53,799 nucleotides of DNA from positions 1 to 53,799 of IMG/VR virus record IMGVR_UViG_3300047472_000142. The stretch is one strand, 5' to 3'. The notes under the pieces are model-generated. The model was not told the DNA's origin, made no database searches, and worked only from the letters and a program-made list of their open reading frames with translations. The position numbers and the translations under genes were made by a program. The DNA is from a virus. Of the stretch, positions 14,801-23,287 are shown piece after piece (the stretch's first letter is position 1; each line of letters begins with the position of its first letter).

Positions 14801-16434
14801 AAATTCACAACGTAGCTCAAGGCTCCGCCGAGTGGCATGCCCTGCGCAGCCAGCACTTCACCGCCTCCGAGGCCCCGGCAATGATGGGCGCCTCGAAGTA
14901 CCAGACCCGCACCGATCTGCTGACGCTGAAGAAGACCGGCATTGCTCCGGAAGTCACGCAGTCACAGCAGTACATCTTCGACAAAGGTCACGCCACCGAA
15001 GCGATGGCCAGGCCGTTGGTTGAGTTGATGATCGGCGAAGAGCTGTACCCGGTCGTGGGCACCGAGGGCAACCTGCTCGCCTCGATGGACGGCGCGACGA
15101 TGCTCGGCGAGACGCTGTTCGAGCACAAGCTCTGGAACGAATCATTGGCCGCCCAGGTGCGCGCTGAAGACCTGGGCCCGCACTACTACTGGCAGCTTGA
15201 GCAGCAGCTGTTGGTGAGCGGCGCCGAGCGCGTGATCTTCGTTTGCTCTGACGGCACCGCAGAAAACTTCGTCAGCATGGAATATTGCCCGGTCGCCGGT
15301 CGCGCGGCTCAATTGATCGAAGGGTGGAAACAGTTCGAGGCGGATCTTGCCGGGCACGAAGTGGCGGACGCCCCGTCAATCATCGTCGGCAAGGCCCCGG
15401 ACGAGCTGCCAGCGCTGCGCATTGAGCTAACCGGCATGGTTACCGCCAGCAACCTGAAAGTGTTTGAGGAATCGGCTCTGGCGGTCATCGACTCAGTGAA
15501 AACCACGCTGACCACCGACCAGGACTTCGCGGACGCGAAAAAGGCGGTGAAGTGGTGCGGAGACGTTGAGGATGCGGTCACGGCGGCGAAGAAGCAGGCG
15601 CTGTCACAAACCCAGACCATCGACGAACTCTTCTGCTCGCTGGACCGCATCAGCAGGCACGCCCGGGAAACACGCCTGAAGGTCGACAAGCTGGTGAAGG
15701 CTCAGGAGCTGCTGGTGAAGACCAACATCAAGCAGAAGGCCGAGCAGGCACTGACTGATCACGTCGCAGCCATCAACAAGACCCTGGGCAAAGTGACCCT
15801 GCCGACGGTGACCGCCGACTTCGCGGGAGCCATGAAGAACAAGCGCACCATCGCCAGCCTGCAGGATGCCGTTGATACCGAACTGGCCCGGGCGAAGATC
15901 GACGCAAGTCAGATGGCCGACGGCATTCGCCTGAATCTCGAAAGCCTGCGCACCCTGGCTGCCGACCATGCCTTCCTGTTCGTCGACGCCCAGCAGTTGG
16001 TCATGAAAGCCAACGACGATCTGGTCGCGTTGATCAAGGTTCGGATCGCCGAGCACAAGAAGGACGAGGAAGCGAAAGCCGAGGCACAGCGCGAGCGCAT
16101 CCGGAAGGAAGAACTGCAGCGAATCGAGGACGAAGCCAAGGTTAAGCAGGTGGTCGAGCCTGTCGCTGAGCCTGCGCCAGTTGTGACGCCTGCCCCGATC
16201 AAGTCCGCACCGGTGGCACAGGCGGCTCCCAAGTCGGTTACCGCGCCAGCGCACCAGGCGGTCAGCCTTCAGGCCGAAGTATTCGACTTGCTGGATCTGG
16301 TCAAAGCCGTGGCCTATGGGCAGGCGCCTATCTCCGTGCTGACCGTCAACTGGGAAGCGATCGATGCGATGGTCGCGGATCAGGGCCAAGCCTTCAGCAT
16401 GGCCGGCGTGAGGCTGGTCAAGGCGGCAGCATGA
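14797..16434 (+). CDS. YqaJ-type exonuclease fused to a long coiled-coil C-terminal extension
   Basis: The N-terminus GSAEWHALRSQHFTASEAPAMMG..FEHKLW fits YqaJ. About 340 further residues are helical and Ala/Pro-rich. ATGA overlap with recT. Confidence 0.7.
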   Translation: MKIHNVAQGSAEWHALRSQHFTASEAPAMMGASKYQTRTDLLTLKKTGIAPEVTQSQQYIFDKGHATEAMARPLVELMIGEELYPVVGTEGNLLASMDGATMLGETLFEHKLWNESLAAQVRAEDLGPHYYWQLEQQLLVSGAERVIFVCSDGTAENFVSMEYCPVAGRAAQLIEGWKQFEADLAGHEVADAPSIIVGKAPDELPALRIELTGMVTASNLKVFEESALAVIDSVKTTLTTDQDFADAKKAVKWCGDVEDAVTAAKKQALSQTQTIDELFCSLDRISRHARETRLKVDKLVKAQELLVKTNIKQKAEQALTDHVAAINKTLGKVTLPTVTADFAGAMKNKRTIASLQDAVDTELARAKIDASQMADGIRLNLESLRTLAADHAFLFVDAQQLVMKANDDLVALIKVRIAEHKKDEEAKAEAQRERIRKEELQRIEDEAKVKQVVEPVAEPAPVVTPAPIKSAPVAQAAPKSVTAPAHQAVSLQAEVFDLLDLVKAVAYGQAPISVLTVNWEAIDAMVADQGQAFSMAGVRLVKAAA

Positions 16435-16772
16435 GGTGGGATGCCCATAAGGCCACTGAGCCAGCCGTTGCACAGGCCCTGCATCAGTTCGCTGACGCGG
16501 GGGTCTTCGCCGCATCAAAGGCGCTGCACCGCTCAACCCGCACGCTGAACCGGATCGCCATTGAGCATGGCGTCGAGTTCTCGACCAGCACCGCCAGGAC
16601 GATGGAAGTGCGCCGCCAGAATAGGGCCTCAATGGTCACCCAGATCAAGGCCTTGGCCGGCACCCGCTCACAAGCGGAGATCTGCGCGGCCCTGGGCATC
16701 ACCCGGGCCGTTCTGCGGGAGCTCGCCGAAATCCACAACATCAACATTAACAGTCGCTCGAAAGGTGCCTGA
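16431..16772 (+). CDS. hypothetical protein with an HTH-like C-terminus
   Basis: RSQAEICAALGITRAVLRELA. ATGA overlap with the upstream gene. Confidence 0.5.
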   Translation: MRWDAHKATEPAVAQALHQFADAGVFAASKALHRSTRTLNRIAIEHGVEFSTSTARTMEVRRQNRASMVTQIKALAGTRSQAEICAALGITRAVLRELAEIHNININSRSKGA

Positions 16773-16773
16773 T

Positions 16774-17130
16774 ATGGACCAAGCAATCGATGAAGCCGCA
16801 AAGCGGCAAAGTGGACTGGAGGCGGCGAAAGCTGCCTTCTTTGCATCTGGGGGTCAGGCACAGCTGATTCCAACAGGCCTCGGCAAGGACAGCCCTGGCG
16901 TCGATCAAATCCCGAAGCCGGCCTACGGCTATCGGAATATCGAGGCGCCAAAGAGCAAGCGCGGAAGACTCATAAGCGCCGACGAAAAAGCCGCCCTGGC
17001 CGCCCAGTTGATGGAGTGCAAAGCGGCCGGCATGACCCGGTACAAGGCCAGCAAGCACCTCGGCATCAGCGAAACACTATGCCGCCGGCTGATCGCCGAT
17101 TACTCACTCGACTTCCCGGCATCAGCCTGA
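16774..17130 (+). CDS. hypothetical protein with an HTH-like C-terminus
   Basis: Internal start MDQAIDEAAK. MTRYKASKHLGISETLCRRLI. Confidence 0.5.
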   Translation: MDQAIDEAAKRQSGLEAAKAAFFASGGQAQLIPTGLGKDSPGVDQIPKPAYGYRNIEAPKSKRGRLISADEKAALAAQLMECKAAGMTRYKASKHLGISETLCRRLIADYSLDFPASA

Positions 17131-17211
17131 TGCGCAGGATGGCACGCGTGCAACAACGCAAACGACAAGCTTGGCTGGCATTGCCGGCCAGCGGCATTGA
17201 AGAGGTATCCC

Positions 17212-17640
17212 ATGGCAGCCGCGCAGAAAGAACGATCGGCAAAGACTGCGGCGAGGCGAAAGACTCGCGGCGAGGAAGAGTTGCGAATGCATGCCATGGC
17301 CGGCACCCGGCAAGCGCTGGCTGAATTGATGGCCTGGCACGGCATCGAGGAACAGGGCGAGGCCATGACGCTGATGATTCATCATCTTCATGCGTTAGGG
17401 CCTCAAAAGTCCGCCCCGCTGCTTGCCCCGCCGCGACACGAAATCATAATTAGCGAAAACGTGTCGCGGAAACTGGACCAGTATCGATTCGGGTGCGAAC
17501 TCCGAGCTGTAAATGCATCGTCCGACGAAGATGAGGAAAGCGTTCAAGACGAATGCTATGCACCTATCGAATCACGAACCTCCAAAACAACTCTTCTCGC
17601 TTCGCGCTCGGACACAGTAAGTAGTTTCAGCAAATCATAA
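17212..17640 (+). CDS. hypothetical protein whose 3' end reads into an AT-rich island
   Basis: GAAGAGG lies 6 nt upstream of the ATG. The last 85 nt overlap the convergent gene 17556..18275. Confidence 0.5.
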   Translation: MAAAQKERSAKTAARRKTRGEEELRMHAMAGTRQALAELMAWHGIEEQGEAMTLMIHHLHALGPQKSAPLLAPPRHEIIISENVSRKLDQYRFGCELRAVNASSDEDEESVQDECYAPIESRTSKTTLLASRSDTVSSFSKS

Positions 17641-18275
17641 TCAACACCTTCCAGCTCGAACTCAACCCAGTCGAATACTCTGGTCGGCGCAAAACCCGGA
17701 TTAAATTTTTTCTGAATCTCTTTTATGGATGTTGAGCGAGAGAATACGACTCTTTCTTTTGAAATCGGCTGCCCGTTCATAGTATTTCCCTCGAACACAA
17801 CACTTTCACAGTTCTTGAATGTAAAGCCGGGGCCAATAGTTATGGTGTTTTCAACTGATTGCTTTCTCTGCTGAGTTCCTAGCCTGTCGTGCTTTCGGAA
17901 GTTTGTTGCGTTGCAGAATTTTACAAGCCAGTCGTCTCCGCACACGTGGGGCTGGATGCTTTCCACAATGGACAAAAGCCCTGGAGACTGCTTCGAAAGA
18001 CCAGGGAGATTCCTATTTAAACTTTGCAAAAATTCCTTCTCGTCTCTACCGTAAGGAAAATACACCTTTGTCTGTTTTTTAGAATAGGCCTGGTAAATTT
18101 CAACAGCGACGTACTCTAACGAGCTCCGAATGTGTTCAAGGGCTGACTTTGCTTCAACCCGTGCAACTTTAAGCACATCTTCGTCCGAGCGCGCTTCATC
18201 ATATTTACTTCGGATTAATTCGATTATCGATTTTGCCGAATCTAATAGCTCAGTTGCATCGTCAATTCTTTTCAT
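17556..18275 (-). CDS. orphan 239-aa protein on the opposite strand (moron, defence candidate)
   Basis: An AT-rich uninterrupted ORF antisense to the early-left operon. I recognised no motif. Confidence 0.6.
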   Translation of the reverse strand: MKRIDDATELLDSAKSIIELIRSKYDEARSDEDVLKVARVEAKSALEHIRSSLEYVAVEIYQAYSKKQTKVYFPYGRDEKEFLQSLNRNLPGLSKQSPGLLSIVESIQPHVCGDDWLVKFCNATNFRKHDRLGTQQRKQSVENTITIGPGFTFKNCESVVFEGNTMNGQPISKERVVFSRSTSIKEIQKKFNPGFAPTRVFDWVEFELEGVDYDLLKLLTVSEREARRVVLEVRDSIGA

Positions 18276-18375
18276 TCGTTAGGCACCTGATCCGGCTCCA
18301 TGCCGGGACGAACACAAATACCCCACTTCAACGAATCACGCCAGCCGGCGAGGCAATCGGCTGTCTGGAGCAGTT

Positions 18376-19239
18376 ATGAATCCCTATCTGATCACGGGTC
18401 CAGCCCAGATCGGCATCAGCGGTGGTCGCACCAGCGGGCACATGGTCTACAAAATTCTCGAAGCGCATGGCGGCGCACTACCGGAAGACGTGCACCTGTT
18501 CTTCCAGAACACCGGCAAGGAGCGCGAAGAAACGCTGATCTTCATCGATCAGATTGCCAAGCGCTGGAACGTGAACATCGTCTGGATGGAGTGGTGCCGC
18601 GTGTACGGTCAGCCGGATGATGCGCCCTGGTACAGGCTGGTGGACTTCGAAACCGCCAGCCGCAACGGCGAACCATTCACCATGATGCTCGAATATTACG
18701 CCGCTTACCGGAAGGCAGAGAAGAACCTGTCACCGGTTCTGCCCAACTTCTCCAACAACATGTGCACCGCGTATCTGAAGATCAAGATTGGCGAAAAGCA
18801 CATGCGCTCGCTGGGTTACGAGGAGTGGGACTGCGTGATCGGCATCCGCAAGGACGAGCCCGGACGCTACCATCGGATGATGGCCGCCAACGCAAAGGGC
18901 GGCACTCGCTGGGACAACGTCTGCCCCTCCTATACCGCAGGCATCACGAAGGAAGACGTCGCCGCATTCTGGCATGCGCAGGACTTTGACCTCGGCATGG
19001 ACTCCGACCTGGGCAACTGCGACCTCTGCTGGAAAAAAGGTGAGGACAAGCTGTTCAAGGCAATTCAGGCCGAGCCGCAACGGGTGATTTTCTGGTCTGG
19101 CGCCGAGGAGAGGTTCAATCAGGTCTTTCGCATGGACCGCCCGAAGTACTCTCACTTGGCCTGGTACGCGGAAAACTACAAGGGCCAGATGGATGCGTTT
19201 GGCTATTCCGAAGACATCGACTGCTTCTGCGGCGATTGA
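18376..19239 (+). CDS. PAPS-reductase-family PP-loop protein with C-terminal Cys clusters
   Basis: GISGGRTSG is a PP-loop-like motif. Cys pairs CDLCWKKG and DCFCGD. GGAG lies 6 nt upstream of the ATG. Confidence 0.65.
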   Translation: MNPYLITGPAQIGISGGRTSGHMVYKILEAHGGALPEDVHLFFQNTGKEREETLIFIDQIAKRWNVNIVWMEWCRVYGQPDDAPWYRLVDFETASRNGEPFTMMLEYYAAYRKAEKNLSPVLPNFSNNMCTAYLKIKIGEKHMRSLGYEEWDCVIGIRKDEPGRYHRMMAANAKGGTRWDNVCPSYTAGITKEDVAAFWHAQDFDLGMDSDLGNCDLCWKKGEDKLFKAIQAEPQRVIFWSGAEERFNQVFRMDRPKYSHLAWYAENYKGQMDAFGYSEDIDCFCGD

Positions 19240-19285
19240 AACCCCTCCCTATCCAATAAAACACGCCAGCCGGCGAGGATCTTCT

Positions 19286-21091
19286 ATGTCCACTCAACAG
19301 AAATTGCCCCAGTTCATCAACCGTCAGCCAAGCATGGGCCTGCCATTCGAAAAGGAACTGGTGGTGGACCTGTTCGCCGGTGGCGGCGGTGCAAGCACCG
19401 GGATAGCCCGGGCGTACCGGGAGCCGGATGTCGCGGTAAACCACAACCCGATCGCCCTGGCGGTTCACCGCGCCAACCACCCGCAGACGGCGCACTATGT
19501 CGCGGACGTGTTCGAGGTGGATCCGGTCCATGCCACCGGCGGCCAGCCGGTCGGCATTCTCTGGGCCTCGCCGGATTGCCGGCATCACAGCAAGGCCAAG
19601 GGCGGTGCACCGCGTGACCGCGGGGTGCGCGGGCTCGCCTGGGTAGTGGTTCGCTGGGCGCACACAACCCGGCCGCGCTTGATGTTCCTGGAGAACGTTG
19701 AAGAGTTCTGCGACTGGGGCCCGATCGACGAAGACGGCCAACCGATCAAGGCCGAGCGTGGACGAACCTTCAAGGCATTTATCGCCGCGCTCAGCACCGG
19801 CCTCGCCGCCGATCACCCGGACATGCCAGAGATCCTGCAATCGATAGGCGAATACGTGCCGGCGGAAAGCCTGGTGCGAGGCCTGGGCTACAACGTCGAA
19901 TGGCGGGAGCGCATCGCGGCCAACGCAGGCACCCCGACCATCCGCAAGCGCCTGTACCTGGTGGCCCGAAGTGACGGCAAGCCGATCGTTTGGCCAGCGC
20001 CAAAGCGCTACAAAGTGCCGACGGCGAAGCAGCAACCTTGGCGAACCGCCGCTGAATGCATCGACTGGAGCAACTTGGGCCGCACGATCTTCCGTGACAA
20101 GCCTATGGCCGTGAACACAATGCGCCGCGTGGCCAAGGGCTGCTGGCGGCATGTGCTGACCAGCGCGAAGCCGTTTATTGTCCCGATGCGCGGCACATCG
20201 GAAGCGCACACCAGCACTCACGGCATCGACGAAGCGCTGTCGACCATCAGCGCCGGCGGCACGCATCACGCATTGGTGCAGCCGGTAGCGGCGCCGTTCC
20301 TCACCGAGTGCGCCAATGGATCGTCGCAGCGCAACTTCGACGTGCAGGAGCCGTTGCGAACTCAGGTGGCCCAGGTAAAGGGTGGGCACTTTGCGATGGC
20401 CGCAGCCAACATGGTGACACTGCGGAAAGGTTCAGTCGGCGCCGACGTCGCGGGCCCGCTTGGCGTGGTCGCCACCGGCACCGGGCATCACGCGGTTTCC
20501 GCCGCATTTTTCGAACAGGCGAATGGGGGGTATTACAAAGGTGACGGCCGTTCGGCCTACGATCCCATCTCGACCATCTGCCAATCAGGCGCCAACCAGC
20601 GACTGGTGAGCGCCTACCTGGTGAAGTATTACGGCAACGAGAAGGACGGCATATCGCTCACCGAGCCGATGCACACCCTGCCGACGAAAGATCGAGTCGC
20701 GCTGGTCGAAGTTGTGCAGGTGCCGGACACCCTGACGCCTGAACAGTTGGAAGGTGCACGCCGCTGCGCTGCCTTCATGCGCGAGCATCTGCCTGAGTAT
20801 TTTAACGACCCGGCTGATCTGGTAATGGTCGGCGGTTATGTGCTGGTCGACATCACCCTGCGCATGCTGCAGCCGCCTGAGTTGAAGGCTGCCCAAGGCT
20901 TCGACAAGGACTACATCATCGATCGCGGGCTGTTCGTCGACCCCGTCACCGGCACCGAAGAATGGCGCGACATCAATAAGACGGACCAGGTCCGACTGAT
21001 CGGCAACAGCGTATGTCCAGATGAGGCCGAGGCGCTGGTCGCAGCCAATGCGACCGACATTATCGAGCTTTACCAGCGGTTAGCGGCCTGA
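19286..21091 (+). CDS. DNA (cytosine-5) methyltransferase, long form (601 aa)
   Basis: Motif I DLFAGGGG, motif IV SPDCRHHS, motif VI FLENV and motif X GNSVCP. Confidence 0.85.
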   Translation: MSTQQKLPQFINRQPSMGLPFEKELVVDLFAGGGGASTGIARAYREPDVAVNHNPIALAVHRANHPQTAHYVADVFEVDPVHATGGQPVGILWASPDCRHHSKAKGGAPRDRGVRGLAWVVVRWAHTTRPRLMFLENVEEFCDWGPIDEDGQPIKAERGRTFKAFIAALSTGLAADHPDMPEILQSIGEYVPAESLVRGLGYNVEWRERIAANAGTPTIRKRLYLVARSDGKPIVWPAPKRYKVPTAKQQPWRTAAECIDWSNLGRTIFRDKPMAVNTMRRVAKGCWRHVLTSAKPFIVPMRGTSEAHTSTHGIDEALSTISAGGTHHALVQPVAAPFLTECANGSSQRNFDVQEPLRTQVAQVKGGHFAMAAANMVTLRKGSVGADVAGPLGVVATGTGHHAVSAAFFEQANGGYYKGDGRSAYDPISTICQSGANQRLVSAYLVKYYGNEKDGISLTEPMHTLPTKDRVALVEVVQVPDTLTPEQLEGARRCAAFMREHLPEYFNDPADLVMVGGYVLVDITLRMLQPPELKAAQGFDKDYIIDRGLFVDPVTGTEEWRDINKTDQVRLIGNSVCPDEAEALVAANATDIIELYQRLAA

Positions 21092-21164
21092 CATCACGTA
21101 CGTATCCCGCGACGCCAACACTCAAGCCCCCCGAGAAGGCAGGCTCTTGAAATCTATGCAGCGC

Positions 21165-21401
21165 TCAAACTAAGCCGAACAATTTAGTGAGGTAAGCCGC
21201 GATGACCATTGCCACAATAGTCATTACCCAGCCGATGACTTTGAGGGCTTTACGCTTTTCAGTTGGATTTGAATTTTGTGCAACCTCGCAGTCTTCGGCA
21301 TCAAGCCTGTGCAGCCCCTTACCTTTAACGAGAGTTTCGGTGTCCGTTTTGCATCGCGTTAACTTAACGTCTTCGGAATCATCGATTTCAAACATAGCCA
21401 T
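21165..21401 (-). CDS. tail-anchored small membrane protein
   Basis: 78 aa with C-terminal TM segment VIGWVMTIVAMVIAAYLTKLFGLV. GGAGAG 7 nt upstream. AT-rich. Confidence 0.55.
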   Translation of the reverse strand: MAMFEIDDSEDVKLTRCKTDTETLVKGKGLHRLDAEDCEVAQNSNPTEKRKALKVIGWVMTIVAMVIAAYLTKLFGLV

Positions 21402-21636
21402 AAATAGCTCTCCGAATTTCCAACGCGAGAGTGGTCGGGCTAGGTCTATAAGAATGCGTTATATCCGTCAGCAAAAGACGCTTGGCTCTCGATCCTTTCA
21501 CAGCCACACGACCATCAACGCTGACATGCGATATCCGAACGTCCGTCGTGTCAGTGACGTCAAACGCGGAATCAAATCCTTCAAATCTACCACCCGTAAC
21601 GCTACATCCATCTGACAACTCGAAGGCTGAGAACAC
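21388..21636 (-). CDS. small soluble protein, first gene of a two-gene minus-strand cassette
   Basis: GTG start with AAGGAG 7 nt upstream. Its end overlaps the next gene by 14 nt. Confidence 0.55.
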   Translation of the reverse strand: MFSAFELSDGCSVTGGRFEGFDSAFDVTDTTDVRISHVSVDGRVAVKGSRAKRLLLTDITHSYRPSPTTLALEIRRAIYGYV

Positions 21637-21753
21637 TCTAGAACTCCTTATTGAAAAAGTAGCAAAACGATAGCACTCCCTTCCAGCGCCCTGTTAGCGC
21701 TGTTTTCGTAACTCCCCCTTCAAAGTCAGCCGCTATAGCGGCAAGGAACCCCT

Positions 21754-22248
21754 ATGCTCGATGCAAAAATCCACCACTCACTGAACGCGCTCACTGCACG
21801 CCAGATGGCCAAGCTGCTGGTGATGCATCACGGAATCAATGCTTTCGGCTACAAGTACGACAGCCTGCGGGATGCACCAAATGGCCTCGTTACCCTTGAA
21901 GATTTGGCGTCCATGTCCGGCGAGGATCTGGATCGGCTTTACGATGAGAGCTCGCACGATGATGCGGTGAACGAGGTGCGTTACAGCGCAGTGGACGCCC
22001 CTGGAGTTCCGTCTTGGTGCCACTACAGCTGGGAGCGCAACTACGAGGTCGATGTGAAGGCCTTCATCCTGCCAGACGGCCGTGCTCTCGCCTTTTGTGA
22101 GATGAGCGGCGGCGGCAAGCACGGCGAGCCAGACGCCTACCCTTGGGTTGAAGAGGCAAAATTCATCAAGGTCTCCGGCGTCGAAGAGCGCGTCATCAAG
22201 ACTTACAAGTTCGAGGATATTCCAGAGGCATCAGAGGTGACGCCATGA
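21754..22248 (+). CDS. hypothetical protein
   Basis: 164 aa with AAGGAA upstream. Confidence 0.6.
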   Translation: MLDAKIHHSLNALTARQMAKLLVMHHGINAFGYKYDSLRDAPNGLVTLEDLASMSGEDLDRLYDESSHDDAVNEVRYSAVDAPGVPSWCHYSWERNYEVDVKAFILPDGRALAFCEMSGGGKHGEPDAYPWVEEAKFIKVSGVEERVIKTYKFEDIPEASEVTP

Positions 22249-22310
22249 TCGCCCTCGCCTGGTTCGCCTACGTGTACTGCTACAAGGGGCCGCGGTGAAG
22301 AGCAGAATCA

Positions 22311-22341
22311 GCGCCGCACCGAAGATAAACCGGTGCGGCGC
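22311..22341. terminator. perfect 11-bp-stem hairpin between convergent genes
   Basis: GCGCCGCACCG, 9 nt, CGGTGCGGCGC. No clean U-tract on either side. Confidence 0.45.
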
Positions 22342-22358
22342 CGCCTTCGGGATTGCTT

Positions 22359-22694
22359 TTAGGCTGCTGGCTGGTGATGAGACTGAGTAGATGCACCATT
22401 CGCAACATGAGATTGAGCCGACAAAACACAATTGCCAGCCGCGATATCTCGTGCACGATTCACACCCCACGCAAGCGCGGTGGTCATGGTGTCATTCGGC
22501 AAGGAATCGTGGGCTTCCTCAAACAGAGGAGCTCCATTTTTGTCGTAGACCCCGATAAACAATTGCGTTCTTCCCTTCCTCGAAATTCTGGCCTGCACGT
22601 CAATGATTGTGCCGTCGCTAACAACCTCATCGTAGGACCTACAGTGCAGCTCGCAGTCCGCCCAAAGCCAATACGTGGAACCTCTACGCATCAT
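22359..22694 (-). CDS. hypothetical protein opposite to xis/int
   Basis: Start MMRRGSTYW with GGAGG 9 nt upstream. 111 aa. Confidence 0.55.
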   Translation of the reverse strand: MMRRGSTYWLWADCELHCRSYDEVVSDGTIIDVQARISRKGRTQLFIGVYDKNGAPLFEEAHDSLPNDTMTTALAWGVNRARDIAAGNCVLSAQSHVANGASTQSHHQPAA

Positions 22695-22867
22695 CTTAGT
22701 GGCCTCCGGTCTTGTCCGAGTTTCTATGGATACAGCACGGTAGAAAATATTTAGTACGACGAACAAACCGCGTCAACCGTCCCATAGCTGCCATTTGTCG
22801 GGCGGCTTCTTCGCGTGTAAATCACACATTAACCAACTTCTGCCGCCACGCGCGGCATGGAGCATCT

Positions 22868-23287
22868 ATGTCTGCAGAACTGGCGCAGGCGCCCTCCCGG
22901 CCTCGGCGCGAAAGCATCCTTCCCCGTTTCATCCGTGCCGGTGCCGCTCCTATTTACTTGGGCATGTGCCGCGCCGAATTCGACAAAACCGTGCGCCCTT
23001 ATGTGAACGAGTTCCCCATCGGTGAGCGCGGTGTCGGCTTCGACCGTCAGGAGCTGGATGACTGGGCAACGGCGTATGTCGAGGCCAAAGCAATTGATAA
23101 AAAACGCGCCCCGGAGCAACAATTGCCCCGCAGCGAGCGCCTGAAAGGAGATAAATCATGGCGCGAAAATCGATCACAGGCCTCTCCGAGAGGAAAGGCA
23201 TCTGGCATATCGACAAGAAAATCAACGGAGAACGACTTTACGAAAGCACTGGAACTGGTGACCGGGAAGAAGCGGAACGCTACCTGA
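22868..23287 (+). CDS. xis: excisionase / AlpA-type HTH protein
   Basis: APIYLGMCRAEFDKTVRPYVNEFPIGERGVGFDRQELDDWA fits an excisionase-type winged helix. The frame stays open 130 nt into int. Confidence 0.6.
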   Translation: MSAELAQAPSRPRRESILPRFIRAGAAPIYLGMCRAEFDKTVRPYVNEFPIGERGVGFDRQELDDWATAYVEAKAIDKKRAPEQQLPRSERLKGDKSWRENRSQASPRGKASGISTRKSTENDFTKALELVTGKKRNAT

